From positions 76,696,001 through 76,760,000 of the forward strand of contig NC_086097.1 in assembly GCF_963921235.1 (NCBI RefSeq): a stretch of DNA of 64,000 nt, read 5' to 3'. The notes under the pieces were generated by a model, which saw nothing but the letters and a program-made list of their open reading frames with translations, had not been told where the DNA came from and made no database searches. Source of the stretch: Mobula hypostoma (Eukaryota). Positions 1 to 12,453 of this stretch are shown piece after piece. Position numbers and translations under genes: made by a program. Numbering within the stretch: the first letter of the stretch is position 1; each line of letters opens with the position of its first letter.

Positions 1-272
1 TCCGCAGGTCATCCAGCTCCTGCTCCAGTTCCCTAACGCGTTTTGTTAGGAGCTGCAGCTGGATGCACTTCTTGCAGGTGTCATTGTCAGGGACACCGGA
101 GGGCTCCCTGACTTCCCACATCCTGCAAGAGGAGCATTCCAACATCCTGCCTGGCATCCTCTCTACTCTAAACTATCTGAACAAAAAAAAAGCTTACCGG
201 AACCTACCCTGGCCTCTGCCTGTTCTCACCGAAGCCTGTTGAGCCAAAGCCGTCCCACTCTGACTCAGTCCA
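1..272 (-). mobile_element. CR1 LINE 5' end / ORF1 start fragment
   Basis: Minus strand reads ELEQELDDLR; homologous to the CR1 ORF1 start at about 15810-15900. Confidence 0.75.
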
Positions 273-403
273 CAAATTAACAAATAATAAGGTGCTTTTA
301 CATCACAAGTTAAAATGTAAGGAGTATAATGCTACTGGTACTTCTTCGGTGATGAGACCTGGGTTGTGCCAGGGTGTTCAGTAGTCCTACAGTCTCGGGG
401 AAC
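273..403 (-). mobile_element. Rex1/Babar-like LINE 3' fragment
   Basis: Similar to the copy at 15300-15440. Confidence 0.55.
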
Positions 404-1333
404 AATGCAAGGCAAGACAGGCAAGTTTATTTGTATAGCACTCTTCAAACACAAGGCAGTTCAAAGTGCTTTACATAGAACACGATAAAAATGAAACTTC
501 AAATTTCAGACAATTTAAAGAGAGTAATATCACACATAAAAATAAAGAAATAAAAGTTACAATGAAGGAGATCCTAATTAAAGACAGTGAAAAGAGAAGT
601 TTTAAGTGTCGATTTAAAAGAGCTTAAAGCTGGGGCAGACTTCAGATCCTCTAGAAGGTTATTCCAGATACATGGAGCATAGTAACTAAAAGCTGCTTCA
701 CCATGTTTAGTTTTGACCCTGGGGACGCTAAGCAGACCCACCCCAGATGACCTGAGAGCTCAGGAAGGTTCCTAATGCAGCAAGAGATCGGAGATGTATT
801 TTGGCCCTAGACCATTCAGTGCTTTATAAACCAGTAGTAATACTTTAAAGTCAACCCTCTGATGGACAGGAAGCCAGTGTAGTGATCTGAGACTGGGGTG
901 ATGTGTTCTACTTTCTTGGTCTTATTGTGGACTCTAACAGCAGTGTTCTGAATGAGCTGCAGTTGTCTAAGGGATTTTTTTACAGAGACCTATGAAAACG
1001 CCATTACAGTAGTCAAGTCTATTAAAAATAAATGTATGGACAAGTTTTTCTAGACCTTGCTGAGACATAAGCCCTTTAACTCCCACTATATTTTTAAGAT
1101 GGTTGTAGGCTGACTTTGTAATTGTTTTAATGTGGTAGTTGAAATTTAAGTTGGAGTCCAAGGTTTCTGGCTTGGTTTGTGGTCAGTAACAACTGGGATT
1201 CTAAGTGAGAACTGACTTTTAATCATTTTTTTTAACACCAAAAACAATTATTTCAGTTTCTCTTTGCTTAACTGGAAGAAATGTTGGCTCATCCATCAGT
1301 GATTTGTTCAGTACAGATTTTTAGTGATTGTAA

Positions 1334-3116
1334 AGTTAAAAGCTTATGTCAAAAAGCCAAAGAAAAATGGTTAAACCAGGAATGTGAGTAAGTAGAAAAA
1401 ATCCCTATTACTGATCCAAAAAGGTTACATCAACAAATCAAGAATATCACTGGTAAAAAAAGCTCCTCTGTTCTTCAGGTGGATGTTTGAAAGCAAAGGA
1501 CGGTACCATTATCATGGAAAAAGATGAGATTATGAACAGATAAACTGTGTATATTCAGGAATTGTTTGAAGACGATCGAGGTGAAAAACCAGAAATTAAG
1601 AACATTGAAGGTCCAAGTATTTTAAAATCTGAAGTTCGTAATGCAATGAAAAAAATGAAAAAGGAAAGGCAGCAGGTCCTGATGAATTAGTAATAGAACA
1701 AATTATTGCCCTTGAAGATTATGGAATTGAAAAACTTACTGATTTAATTAATGATATTTATGAGACTGGAATAATACCAGAAGAGATGAAAAAATCAGTA
1801 TTTATCACTCTTCCTAAGAAACTGGAGCAATAGAATATGAACTACATAGGACCATAAGTTTAATGAGTCATTTCACCAAGATGCTTCTAAGAATTTTGAT
1901 GACAAGAGCTAAAAGTAAGGTACAAGCTGAAATAGGTAAGGAACAATGTGGTTTTGTGAAAGACAAAGGTACAAAAAACACAATATTGATGTTAAGGATA
2001 CTACCAGAACGAGCTATTCAAGTGCAAAAAGATTTGTTTGTTTTATCGACTACACAAAAGCATTTGATAAAGTGAAGCACAATAAGTTATTTGAAATATT
2101 ACAGGAAACTCTAGATCTAGATTTGAAAGACCTCCACCTAATCAGAAATCTGTACTGGAAACAAACTGCTGCTGTAAGAATAGATGGAGAAGTGAGTCAG
2201 TTTATGAAAATCAAGAGTAGTGTTGGACAAGGGTATGTTTTCTCTCCTGATTTGTTTAATGTGTACAGTGGAACAATATTACAAAAAATAAGAGACATCT
2301 TGGGAATCAAAGTTGGGGGTGAAAACATCAAAAATTTCAGATATGCCGATGACACTATTAATTGCAAGTACGGAGGAAGAACTACAAAACTTAATTGATA
2401 TAGTTGTTAAAGAAAGTGCAGAAATGGGTCTAGCTATTAGTTGCAAAAAGACAATGTATGGTGATATCCAAAAAGAAGGAGAATCCTATCTGAATAAACG
2501 GGGGAAGACATATAACAAGTACAGAAATTTTGCTACTTAGGAAGCTGGGTAACATCTGATGGCAGGTGCAACTTGGACATCAAAAGAAGAATAGGGATGG
2601 CAAAAGACACCCTTATGAGAATGAAGAGTATACTGACCAATACTAAACTAGACACGACAACCCGCGTCAGAGTACTGAAATGTTACATTTATCCAGTTAT
2701 GTTATATGGATCAGAATATTGGACAATATCTAGTAATATGAGGAAACCAATTGAAGCAGCAGAGATGTGGTTTTTGAGGAGGATGCAAAGAATATCATGG
2801 ATGAAATTAATATCTAACGAGGATGTCATGAACAGAGCAAGCACAAAAAGAGAAATAATATATGAGATCATGAAAAGGCAATGTAACTTCATTGGACGTG
2901 ATTAGGAAAGGAGGAGTTAGAATGCACGGTAATTATGGGAAAAGCTGAAGGGAAGAAAGCAAGAGGAAGACAAAGACAAATGATGATGGAGACAGCAGCC
3001 AGAGAACTGGAAACGAATACCAATGAGTTGATCCACTTGACCCGAAACAGGAGTGTGTGGGCCATGGCAGTCAAGGCTCAAATTGGGCATGGCACCTGAT
3101 GATGATGATGATGATG
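1334..3116 (+). mobile_element. RTE-clade LINE, 5'-truncated and frameshifted, nested in the L2
   Basis: CFIDYTKAFDKV, RYADDT, MLYGSEYWT, EAAEMWFLRRM; (TGA)n tail at 3097-3116. Confidence 0.9.
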
Positions 3117-4374
3117 GCAACACAGTCACTTGAGGACACTGTTATATAAATCTGAGTGGTATCTGCATAACTAAGATAAGAAATTTTGTTGCATACCATG
3201 ATTTGAGCTAGAGGGAGCACGTAGGTTAAACAAGAAGAGGCCCTTAGCATATCATTTTTGTTTGATCAGATATGTAGCTACAAATTGATACAGAATAGTT
3301 CCTACCCTGTAAATAAAATTTAAACCACTTTAGAACAGTACTGGAAAATCCCTCCCAGTTTTCCAGTCTGTCCATTAATGTGCCATGACCTACTGTGTCA
3401 AAAGCAGCACTAAGATCCAGTAAAACCAAAACTGAAATGTTATCCTCATCATCATCATGGGTTAAGCAGATACCATTTAAAGCCTTGACCAGAAGAGTCT
3501 CAGTGTTATGGTGTTGTCGAAATCTAGACTGGAAACGGTCCAGACAGTTGCTTAGTACCAAAAAGCTACTGAGTTGCAGATAAACAACATTTTCAATGGT
3601 TTTTCTTAAACATGGTAAGTTTGATATAGGCCTGTAGTCTTTAATTACTGAGGCATCCTGGTTGTTCCTTTTTAAAAGAGGCTGAATAACTGCTGTTTTC
3701 AGGGCTTTTGGGAAGCAGGGCGTTTGAGCACTAGTGAATAAAGACATAGATATTCATTATGGATTTTCATCCATCTTTCAGGACAGAAGTGTTAACTATT
3801 TGCAGAATGTCTGGCGCCATGCAGCTAAAAACATTTTTATACAAGGTTGTAGGTAAAATGTCAAGGGAACAGGAGGAGGATTTCAGGAGTAGTACAATTT
3901 CTTGTAGAGTTTTATAGTCAATGGGTTTTGAATTGTGTCACCTTAACTAAATTAGTTCTAAGTTAATGAAAGGATGACTGGCCTCTGCCTGATGCAGAGA
4001 CAATAACAGTATGTCTAATCTTCTGAATTTTGACAGTAAAAAAGAATGCGAGGTCATTACATGATTTTATAGACAGAAATTTAGGTTCTCCTGATAAAGG
4101 AGAATGCGTGAGCCTCTCAGCTGTAGCAAATAAAGCACGCACGCTATTGCTGCTTTTGTTTATAATATCAGAGAAGAAGGACTGTCTTGCATGTCTCAAC
4201 TCTAAATTATAGATGCGAAGAGTTTTTCTTTATACAAGTTTGTAAATGTTGCGATGGAGCTGGAGTTTTGTTTTCCGCCACCTGTGTTCAGCTTCTTGGC
4301 ACTGTCTCTTTTGGAGTTTAACCAGCAAGGTGTTTCTCCATGGTGCATTTTTTCTTTCCAGAAACTATTTTTAT

Positions 4375-4920
4375 TGTACCTCTCGCTTCGGCTAGCGACT
4401 TAATATAGGGGGTGATAGTCCCTGGTCTGGCCAAACTTAAGAAATCTCGTTTGGGTGGATGCTGCACGGTGTCCCCTGTTACAAATCAGTACCCCGAAAT
4501 AACAAACAGTACACAATATGCGATTAGACGATTAAGCTTTATAATTCTTACTTTGAATTATAGTTTTCAGTTATGGTTAGTAAAGAAATAAAAAAAAGAA
4601 AAAAAGGGCCCAATCTTATTAAACAGTCTGTTGCGCAATGTCGGAGCTCACTGATAAGCCGATCGTCCACCATCGACTTCCTCCAATCGTCGTTGCCCTT
4701 CAGACCCTCGCTTCGAGTCCACCCTGTCTGGCGGTCTACCAACTCTCTCCATTCGTGTCTTCTCTCCTCATCTCTCCCCGGCAAAAATGTGAAAGCCTTT
4801 CTTCCAGACTCACAGGAAAGAACAGCAGCATTCCAAACCCCATTATCTCTAGTCATAACTCAAACATTGCTGCTACAGAGAAACCATTACATTATCAGTG
4901 AAACCTTACAGCATGTTACA
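4375..4920. mobile_element. Solo LTR (Gypsy-like)
   Basis: TGTA...TACA termini; near-TSD ttat/ttac; L2 sequence resumes on both sides. Confidence 0.7.
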
Positions 4921-5231
4921 TTACTTTTGTGGGGGTGATTGTATCAGTGACATCTGTAACTTTAGAGCTGAGATCGTGTGCAAAGTTATTGACAGAGGCC
5001 GGAGAGATGGTAGGCATGAACAATACCTTCATGTTTTCCGTGATATACCGTTTTGTTATTGGCTCTGTTTGAGCACTAGTGAATAAAGACATGGATATTC
5101 ACTATGGATTTTCATCCATCTTTCAGGTAGTGGGTGTCAGACTCCTTCCAACCTTTGGCTGAATTATTTTTCCTAAAATGCCTTTTAATTCTCCTAAAAA
5201 TTACCTTAAATATACAGTATGCTGTTAGTTA

Positions 5232-5360
5232 TAGAACATAGAATAGTACAGCACTGTACAGGCCCTTTGGCCCACAATGTTGTGCCGACCCTCAAACCCT
5301 GCCTCCCATATAAGCCCCCACCTTAGATTCCTCCATATACTTGTCTAGTAGTCTCTTAAA
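5232..5360 (-). mobile_element. CR1 3' tail fragment
   Basis: atagaacatagaatagtacagcac tail, same type as at 25612 and 58134. Confidence 0.75.
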
Positions 5361-6380
5361 GAATAATATGTTGGACCCGGAGGCTGGTGGTTATTCTCCG
5401 TAACTTCCGCCACCTCCAACGGGATCCCACCACTAAGCACATCTTTCCCTCCCCCCCTCTCTCTGCATTCCGCAGGGATCGCTGCCTACGCGACTCCCTT
5501 GTCCATTCGTCCGCTCTATCCCCTCTGGTCTCCCTCCTGGCACTTATCCTTGTAAGCGGAACAAGTGCTACACATGCCCATACACTTCCTCCCTTACCAC
5601 CATTCAGGGCCCCAGACAGTCCTTCCAGGTGAGGCGACACTTCGCCTGTGAGTCGGCTGGGGTGATATACTGCTTCTGGTGCTCCTGATGTGGCCTTCTA
5701 TATATTGGCGAGACCCGACGCAGACTGGACACCTACGCTCTGTCCGCCAGAGAAAGCAGGATCTTCCAGTGGCCACACATTTTAATTCCACATCCTATTC
5801 CCATTCTGATATGTCTATCCACGGCCTCCTCTACTGTAAAGATGAAGCCACACTCAGGTTGGAGGAACAACACCTTATATTCCGTCTGGGTAGCCTCCAA
5901 CCTGATGGCATGAACATTGTCTTTTCAAACTTCCGCTAATGCCCCACCTCCCCCTCATACCCCATCTGTTACTTATTCATATACACACATTCTTTCTCTC
6001 TCTCTCTCTCTCTCCTTTTTCTCCCTCTGTCCCTCTGACTATACCCTTTGCCCATCCTCTGGGTTTTTCCCCCCTCCCCCTTGTCTTTCTCCCTGGGCCT
6101 CCTGTCCCATGATCCTCTCATATCCCTTTGCCAATCACCTGTCCAGCTCTCGGCTCCATCCCTCCCCCTCCTGTCTTCTCCTATCATTTTGGATCTTCCC
6201 CTCCCCCTCCCACTTTCAAATCCCTTACTAGCTCTTCCTTCAGTTAGTCCTGACGAAGGGTCTTGGCCTGAAACGTCGACTGCACCTCTTCCTAGAGATG
6301 CTACCCGGCCTGCTGCGTTCACCAGCAACTTTGATGTGTGTTGCTTGAATTTCTAGCATCTGCAGAATTCCTCTTGTTTG
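5361..6380 (+). mobile_element. Penelope-like element, 3' part (GIY-YIG endonuclease, pyrimidine-rich 3' region, hammerhead), with a 30-nt 5' inversion
   Basis: VIYC..CGLLYIGET, LPVATHFNS, RLEEQHLIFRLGSLQPDGMNI. Confidence 0.9.
6246..6281 (+). ncRNA. Minimal type I hammerhead ribozyme motif in the Penelope tail
   Basis: agtc-CTGACGA-agggtcttggcct-GAAA-cGTC-gact: conserved core boxes, stems I and II, palindromic ACGT. Confidence 0.75.
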
Positions 6381-9066
6381 ATTCCAGTCTAATTCGGTTA
6401 GGCAGGTCAATGCTTGTGTTGCTGGGCATGCTCACGTGAAGTCTGTTTATTCCCATTCTTAGATGCTGCCTGACTTGCTGAGTTCCTCCAATATTTAGAG
6501 TGTGTTGTTCAAGATTTCCAGCATCTGTAGAATCTATTGTGTTTTTGAAGAGCCTTACTCCTTTTTGCTCTTACATTATTTAATTGATAACTGATTAACA
6601 TAATATGTATTGCCCAGGTGCAGCTTGAAGCTGATAAGTCCTGGTCAGCCTGAGTCCTCAGTACACACTAAATTGTTTCATCCAATATTACAGCCCGTTT
6701 TTGTGTTGCTGTGAGTCCACTGCACAGTTTGAGTGGAATACAAGATATATTTAAGTTGGCAGCCTTCTTCAGAGAGCAAGATAGAGTAACAGGCACAGAA
6801 AATGAGCACATCATACACGTGCACAAAGGTACACTTCTTTAGCAAGTGTGCCGTGTGGTCGGCAACCTTCTAAACAGCCATGCAGTCTCGTCGTGGATTC
6901 TTTGTGTAGACCAAGTTGTGTAAATGTGGTTAAAATTCTGTGATAGTACCTTGAATTAGAATGAGAAATGAGGAAATCACATAAAATGTCTTGGTGGGTG
7001 AAAGGGTGAATAAAATGACCTGAGTAGTCCTGGTGGAACTGCACTGATCAATGACTCAAACTGAAGTCAGCCTTGGAGTTTGATCATGATTTATGAAATG
7101 TGGCTGCCCAGGGGAGCCAAACTGATCAGTTTGTCACATCACTGGACCATTCAAGCTGGGCTGCAACAATGGCAGACTTGCTGATAATCCACAGTATTAC
7201 TTTATGATTTTGATGAGCTTTGTAGGCCAGGGACTCGGAAGACAAAGGGAAAATTAATTATTAAAGTTACTTTAATTTAGTTTAATTCCTCCAATATTTG
7301 TTTTTGTTTTTAATAGATTTTTTTCAATGTTTACATTCGTTTTTTAAATATTCATTTTAATTTTAATAGTTTTCAAATGTGCCCATGTCGGAGCCATTTC
7401 AGCAATGAAAATAACTTGCGTGATTTCAGGGCAGGTGAAGTTCTACTCCAACCTGCCATATCCCCCAAACATTTTCCAGAGGGAAGTCCTCTAGCCCATG
7501 CCAGCAATGGTAAACTCACCATCTGGACCATACCACAAGCATCACAGAAGTTCGCCACAATGGCCTAGGTAAGTCTGGGCATGCGAAGATCACGGCCAGA
7601 TGTTCCATGAAACGAGCCTGCTCTTGCATGGTTCACCCATTGATATTTCTGGCCTAGTAGTGCTTAGTTTAATTTAAACCATGGAATGTGTGAAAAAAAC
7701 ATTTCATCAATATAAAAATAAATAGAAAAGCTAACCATGTTAAATAATATTCTGCACCAAATTTATATTTGCTTTCAGAATACTAGAATTATTTTAGAAA
7801 TGGTATATAAGTTAATTTGAAAGAGTATACATACAGTGTGTTTTACATTACAGGTAAGATTTTAATTTCAGAAACTGAAGGGTCATCGCAGTGTATGAAA
7901 AGCTGCATTAACCATTCTAATGTTTTATGACCACAACACGCTGGCAGAGCAGTTACATAATATGTGGTTTTGTTACTAGTATCAGACCTCATGAAGTATT
8001 ACTGTATATAAAGATTCAGTAACGACTGCAGTTATTGAATGTTAACATTTGTCTACGTATTTATTCAAAGGAAGGGAAAATTTAAGTACAAAGTGGAAGA
8101 TTTCCCGTGTCTCGATGAATAATCCCATACGTTGCATTACTAATAACATCTTTATATTTGATAATTCCACTTCCTTAATGGTCAGCTAGTTCATCTTCAT
8201 ATTAACTTTCTTATGTACTGTCTGGTTCCTGACCAAACATACGCAATTGTACTTATCTGCAGTTACCTAATTGTGGTGGAGTTTTAAGAGTTCACTTGAA
8301 ATTTAAATACAATTCAATGGAAAAGAATCTTTTAGGAAAATATGTTCTTCCTATATGGAAGACAGTTGAAGGTACAGTAATAATGATCTTAACTTGCAAG
8401 TTTACTTCCTGGTCAGAACTGATCTCAGTCAGAATATTAATTTTGTATTATTTGGAGGAAATCAGGGATATAAACCACTGCTGGGAGTGCATTTATATTT
8501 GTATTCAGGGTGGAGTTTGGCTGGGGTGTTCTCGTGTCTCTTTTATCTTTGTTAATCACTAAAGATCAACCCGGAACCCAGAGAAAGTGGGATAGAGAGA
8601 AAATTCAAGAAATTGCCATTTGGCCTTTAATTCTTTGTCAGAAGTATAAAATCCCCCATGGCACTCATCATTTGTGTTATATGTAAGGAGCCAGCATTCT
8701 CCTACTACAGTTTAGAGCAGTGGCATCACGAAGTGGCCAATTTGAACAGCATGAATAATCGAACAACACAGAAGCTGATCAAACGCCAATGTCCCAGAAA
8801 GGTGTATTAGCTTTTGCATAGTTCCATGGATTTTTACAAGTTGTACCATATTACCTATCCTGTTGTTACAAATTCAAGCACATGGTTGAGTAACTTGGCA
8901 ACGGACTTGATACCAGATAAACAAAACAGACAAAAGTAAAAGATGGATCTTAATTCTTCACGTCATCTCTTTTCTTTTACTATCTAGTTTTGTCATTGTG
9001 CAATTCAAAGTACAGATGTCCATTACTGTGATGACTAACATGTTTTTTTTTGTTCTTTATTTGCAG

Positions 9067-9174
9067 TATGTTCCTCCAGACCTTTCCATCTGTGTTTTTG
9101 TGCTGGAGCAGTCATTGTCTGTCAGAGCCTTGCAGGAGATGTTAACCAGTACAAGTGAAATGAGCAATGAAGGG
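9067..9174 (+). CDS. RYR3: RYR3 exon 3 equivalent: [36 protein letters not shown]
   Basis: ttgcag| ... |gtaact; 108 nt; phase 0-0. Confidence 0.96.
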
Positions 9175-9859
9175 GTAACTATCAAACATTTAAGTATTTG
9201 ATTTTTCCACTCCATTATGCTCTAGAGTGAATGCTATTTCCAGGCCATAGGATTTTTCTTTGTTTAAAGTATTTACACTAGTCTGCTCATCATTGCTGTT
9301 TAGAAAATACCTATTTACAGACTCGTATCAAGTTGATTTGAATAGAATTGGCACCACAAATCAACATCCAAATTGTACACTGTTGCAAAGACTATTACCC
9401 TAAAGCATGGTGGAACAAAGAATGTACTGTGTGTTAAAATTTATATACTGATTAGATCACACTGGAGTATATCAGTCAGGCCTCCTCGTTACAAAGCCAA
9501 TGTGTGGGCACTAGAGAAAGAATATTCTTAAATATATATTGAGTACAGCACCAAAATTGAGAAAGTAGAGCTATTGGAGAAGTCTGAGTAGGCTGGGAGG
9601 TTTATCTCATTGCAAACAAAAGGATTGGTCTGATAGAGATCTTCATAATGATTCATGGGTTTGACAGAGTAGAATGCAAAGTGGCTTGGATTTTGCAGAT
9701 ATTGCATCAACAAAAAAAAGTGGTGCCTTCATTACACTGTAAAATGAACATCAACCAGGATTTCCACATAGAATAGGTTAACGCGAAATCCAGATATTGT
9801 GATCAGTGATTCAACATTTGCAGTCAGGGTGTAGGGCTCCTTAATCTTCTCTTAACAGG

Positions 9860-10096
9860 TGATGCACTATCAATTACTCCAAAAGACTGGAAGTAGAGTA
9901 AATACTGAAAGGCTTTAATTAGCAGTAAATGGTCCATGTCCCTGCTGAGTATCTGCCCCGGACTGAGGGAGGAGCAGTGGCACAATCGCCTTTATTCAGG
10001 GTTCTGTGGGAGGAGCCACAGGAGCAGTCAGCAGAGGGTCGTGTCCAGACAGGTAACCCAGTTACAACATTTATATATATATATGGTTTACCACCA
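9860..10096 (-). mobile_element. Short solo LTR
   Basis: TG...CA ends flanked by a cagg TSD; ATTAAA on the minus strand. Confidence 0.7.
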
Positions 10097-10554
10097 CAGG
10101 CTCATGGAGAATCAAATTTTGCTTTGTTTTGTGCAGTCTAGTCGATTTGAAGGAAATTTATAAGAAATCTTCAGAAGTATTCCATATCAAACTTACTGGC
10201 CCTAGAGAGAAATATATATGCGTAGATTTTATTTCCCTTCGATAAATTATTTCAAAACATAATTGATTTTAAATTTAAAATAAATGATTTATGGTATTTC
10301 AGCTTTTTCCTAAACTACTTCTGTAGCTATGATGGCTCATTTGTTATATTACTCAAAGTCTTAAAGTCTTATCAGTGGATATGAAGACATTACCATAACT
10401 GCTGGAGGAGGTGTTGATTCTGTTAAATAATTAGAAAATAAAAACATCAATTACATCGACTAACCTGCCAGATATCCATAATTGAAAACAAAAAGTAACC
10501 AAAATACTCAGCAGGTCCGCTTGAGTGTCTGGAGAGAGGGACAGGCTTGATGTA

Positions 10555-10650
10555 AATGCCCATCTGGTTCACTAATTTCTTCGAGGCAAGCAAATCTGTC
10601 GTCCTTATACTGCCTGTCCTATGTGGTTGACTTGTGACGGCCCCTTCCAA
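10555..10650 (+). mobile_element. SacSINE1/Deu-SINE-like fragment
   Basis: catctggttcactaat...aaatctgtcgtcctta resembles the recalled SacSINE1 3' part. Confidence 0.45.
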
Positions 10651-11660
10651 CACAAAAGTGGCAGTCAGCCAGCTCTAGGATTATTGAGAAAGGATCATTA
10701 GAATGAACAAGCTGGCCCTGCTAATTGTGTACTTAACTTGTCAGTGATGAAAAAGAGATTCTTATCTGTAATGAGAGTTCTGTAAAATGTTTGAAACCTC
10801 ATCAAAGAAACTCTTGGTTTCTAGTTCATGAGAATTCCTTCATGGGATTGTTCACTCAGTTAGCTTACCGACACCAAAGCATCAGAGATCCCTCCTTAAA
10901 GGGACATTGATAAAGGAGAAGTCCTCATCATGCAGAATGATAGATTTTTATTGACAGTTTTCTTGAGGGTCATGTTCATGGTTCACCCTGAATGTAAAAT
11001 TAGTCCTAAGATGCTTTCATGTGTAAATGAAGTCAAAAGAACACATCATCACTATTAGATGCTGCATAATAAATCTAAATGATATGTTCCGTATTGAAGG
11101 AGTGGTGAGGATTTGGGACTTACTACCATGTGAGTTAGTTAAGGTGCACACCCATGGAGGCATTTAAGGGGAACCCAGATGACTGAAGGCATAAAGAAAT
11201 GAAATATCATCTTTGTTGGGTTGAAATAAGGTCAGAAAAACCTTGTGCAAATCCTGGACCAGCAAATTCTATTTAAATTGGCTTCTTTGGTGTAGGTTCT
11301 CATTGTTTCAGAATCAAGAAGATTCAGTACATGTTCCCACCTGCAATGTTCTCTTTATTTAAAATAAAATCATCTCAGATCTTTTCTTTAATGGTGCATA
11401 ATACTCCAGTTTCAGATTTTAAGTTCCACTCTATTTTTTGAGGTGCTTAAAACTCTCCTTACTCAGAATGGTACAGACTAATGTCGTGCTAAGATATATC
11501 ATGTTATTTGAAAATCACTTATTTTGTTGAATTCATTATTAATAATAAATCATTGATATTATTTTGGCAAGTGTGTTGTCAAGTTCATGCATTTTCTTTG
11601 CTGAATTTTGCATATTTGTGTGACTTTGCAAATTAATTTAACTGTTGGATTTATTTGCAG

Positions 11661-11681
11661 CTCTTAAAATCTATTCCCCGT
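11661..11681 (+). CDS. Candidate 21-nt micro-exon LLKSIPR
   Basis: ttatttgcag|CTCTTAAAATCTATTCCCCGT|gtatgt; frame-preserving, no stop; no homology recognised. Confidence 0.3.
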
Positions 11682-12073
11682 GTATGTTGATAGCTGGATT
11701 ATTTGGTGTACTGTTCTCATCAGGAATGTACAGCTAACTGAAGAAGGTGATTCAGCCCACTACACAGCAGATGTTTTATGTCAATTTTTGTTTTCTGCAG
11801 CTGCAGTAAACTCCAATTGGTTCCTTCTGGGAAGAAAATTGGCAAAGTCCAAACTTTCCGGCCTAAACCAGACCCTGCAGTGTGGTGTTCTCTGAACAGC
11901 CTTCTTTGTTCAAATGTAATTAGGATGGGCAATCAGTTTGGCAACGTCCATATCCCATGAACAATAAATAAAAGAGTTTTCCAACGTGCAAAGTCAAAGG
12001 ATTTATCTGGATAAGATAGAGAAATGTACTTGTAATTTATTCTCTCTTTGCTGTTTCTTTTTTAACATGCTAG

Positions 12074-12094
12074 CCAATTGATTTCACCAAATGG
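12074..12094 (+). CDS. RYR3: 21-nt micro-exon PIDFTKW, homologous to RYR2 exon 4 (QVDVEKW)
   Basis: Pyrimidine tract, then aacatgctag|CCAATTGATTTCACCAAATGG|gtatgt; same length, phase and D..KW pattern as RYR2 exon 4. Confidence 0.82.
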
Positions 12095-12453
12095 GTATGT
12101 TTATTTCATTGGTTTTTCACCCTTCTTCTTACAAGCATGCAGTCAAAGTGTTGAACTCTAAACTTGCTTTCATAGGGCAAATTCCTTAAATTTGTTGTGT
12201 AATTGTATAATTATTTTTTAAAATTTACTCCTTTTAGTGATGGGATGAAAAGCAGTTTATTCAACTGTTTTCACTTCAACTGAAAGGGAAATGCGATTTT
12301 TGTTTATTATTTTGTATCTCTTTATTGATTAATTTGTTCTTAGGGAAAATATTCAATCATAAATTAGTGATCAGGTATGGTGAATTTTGCAACAATATCT
12401 GGTAATGCCTAAAGTGAGATGGCAGCAGTATCCAAACTTTAGCTGAACTGCCT

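Larger units (their letters stand above)
407..5066 (-). mobile_element. L2-clade LINE, decayed ORF2, interrupted by an RTE, a 61-bp insert and a solo LTR
   Basis: ORFs with YRPISNLP, LVLLDLSAAFDTV, RLDYCN; (TTGCC)-type 3' tail near 407-426. Confidence 0.9.

Noticed and set aside
11801..11895. Strong acceptor ttttgttttctgcag
   Set aside because: Immediate TAA in the required frame and no convincing donor.
12344..12374. AG/GT-bounded 31-nt segment with a good pyrimidine tract
   Set aside because: Not a multiple of three and has an in-frame TAG; no homology.
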